Assembly: GCA_002633005.1 (NCBI GenBank)
Contig: NMRA01000341.1
Span: 67,093-115,592 of the forward strand
Length of the DNA stretch: 48,500 nucleotides
Direction: 5' to 3'
Source: Phoronis australis
Lineage: Eukaryota; Animalia; Phoronida
Each line of letters begins with the position of its first letter. Positions within the stretch are counted from its first letter, which is position 1. Positions 48,411 to 48,500 of this stretch are shown piece by piece. Made by a program: the position numbers and the translations under genes. The notes under the pieces were generated by a model. The model was not told where the DNA came from. It saw only the letters and a program-made list of their open reading frames with translations, and did not search any database.

Positions 48411-48500
48411 CTATAAAAATGAAGTAAACCACAGGTCACAGGTGATACTGGTCGGATATAGCGGTCCCTGATTTAGAGAACCAGTTCATCCACTAAATAA

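Overview
This is intron-rich, repeat-rich eukaryotic (animal, probably marine invertebrate) genomic DNA, not prokaryotic. It contains two convergent spliced genes. The first is a VAT1L-type MDR/zeta-crystallin oxidoreductase on + (8 confident exons, 4264..20636, plus a tentative last exon at 22314..22340). The second is PRMT5 on - (15 exons, 48410..27461; first exon outside the window). One PRMT5 exon appears twice in a ~1 kb tandem duplication joined by a single N, most likely an uncollapsed-haplotype artefact. Introns and intergenic DNA hold many mobile elements: six TTAA-flanked Kolobok-type elements of four families (with THAP and KolX-like remnants), 5-bp-TSD MITEs, a solo LTR, an L1/Tx1 fragment, a Penelope GIY-YIG fragment followed by a hammerhead-ribozyme motif, a foldback element with a nested insert, a tRNA-derived SINE and many minisatellites. 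I found no convincing wholly new system. The best leads are the hammerhead motifs, the Kolobok THAP/KolX remnants and the inverted repeats inside the pre-mRNAs. All homology calls come from reading motifs by eye; no searches were run.
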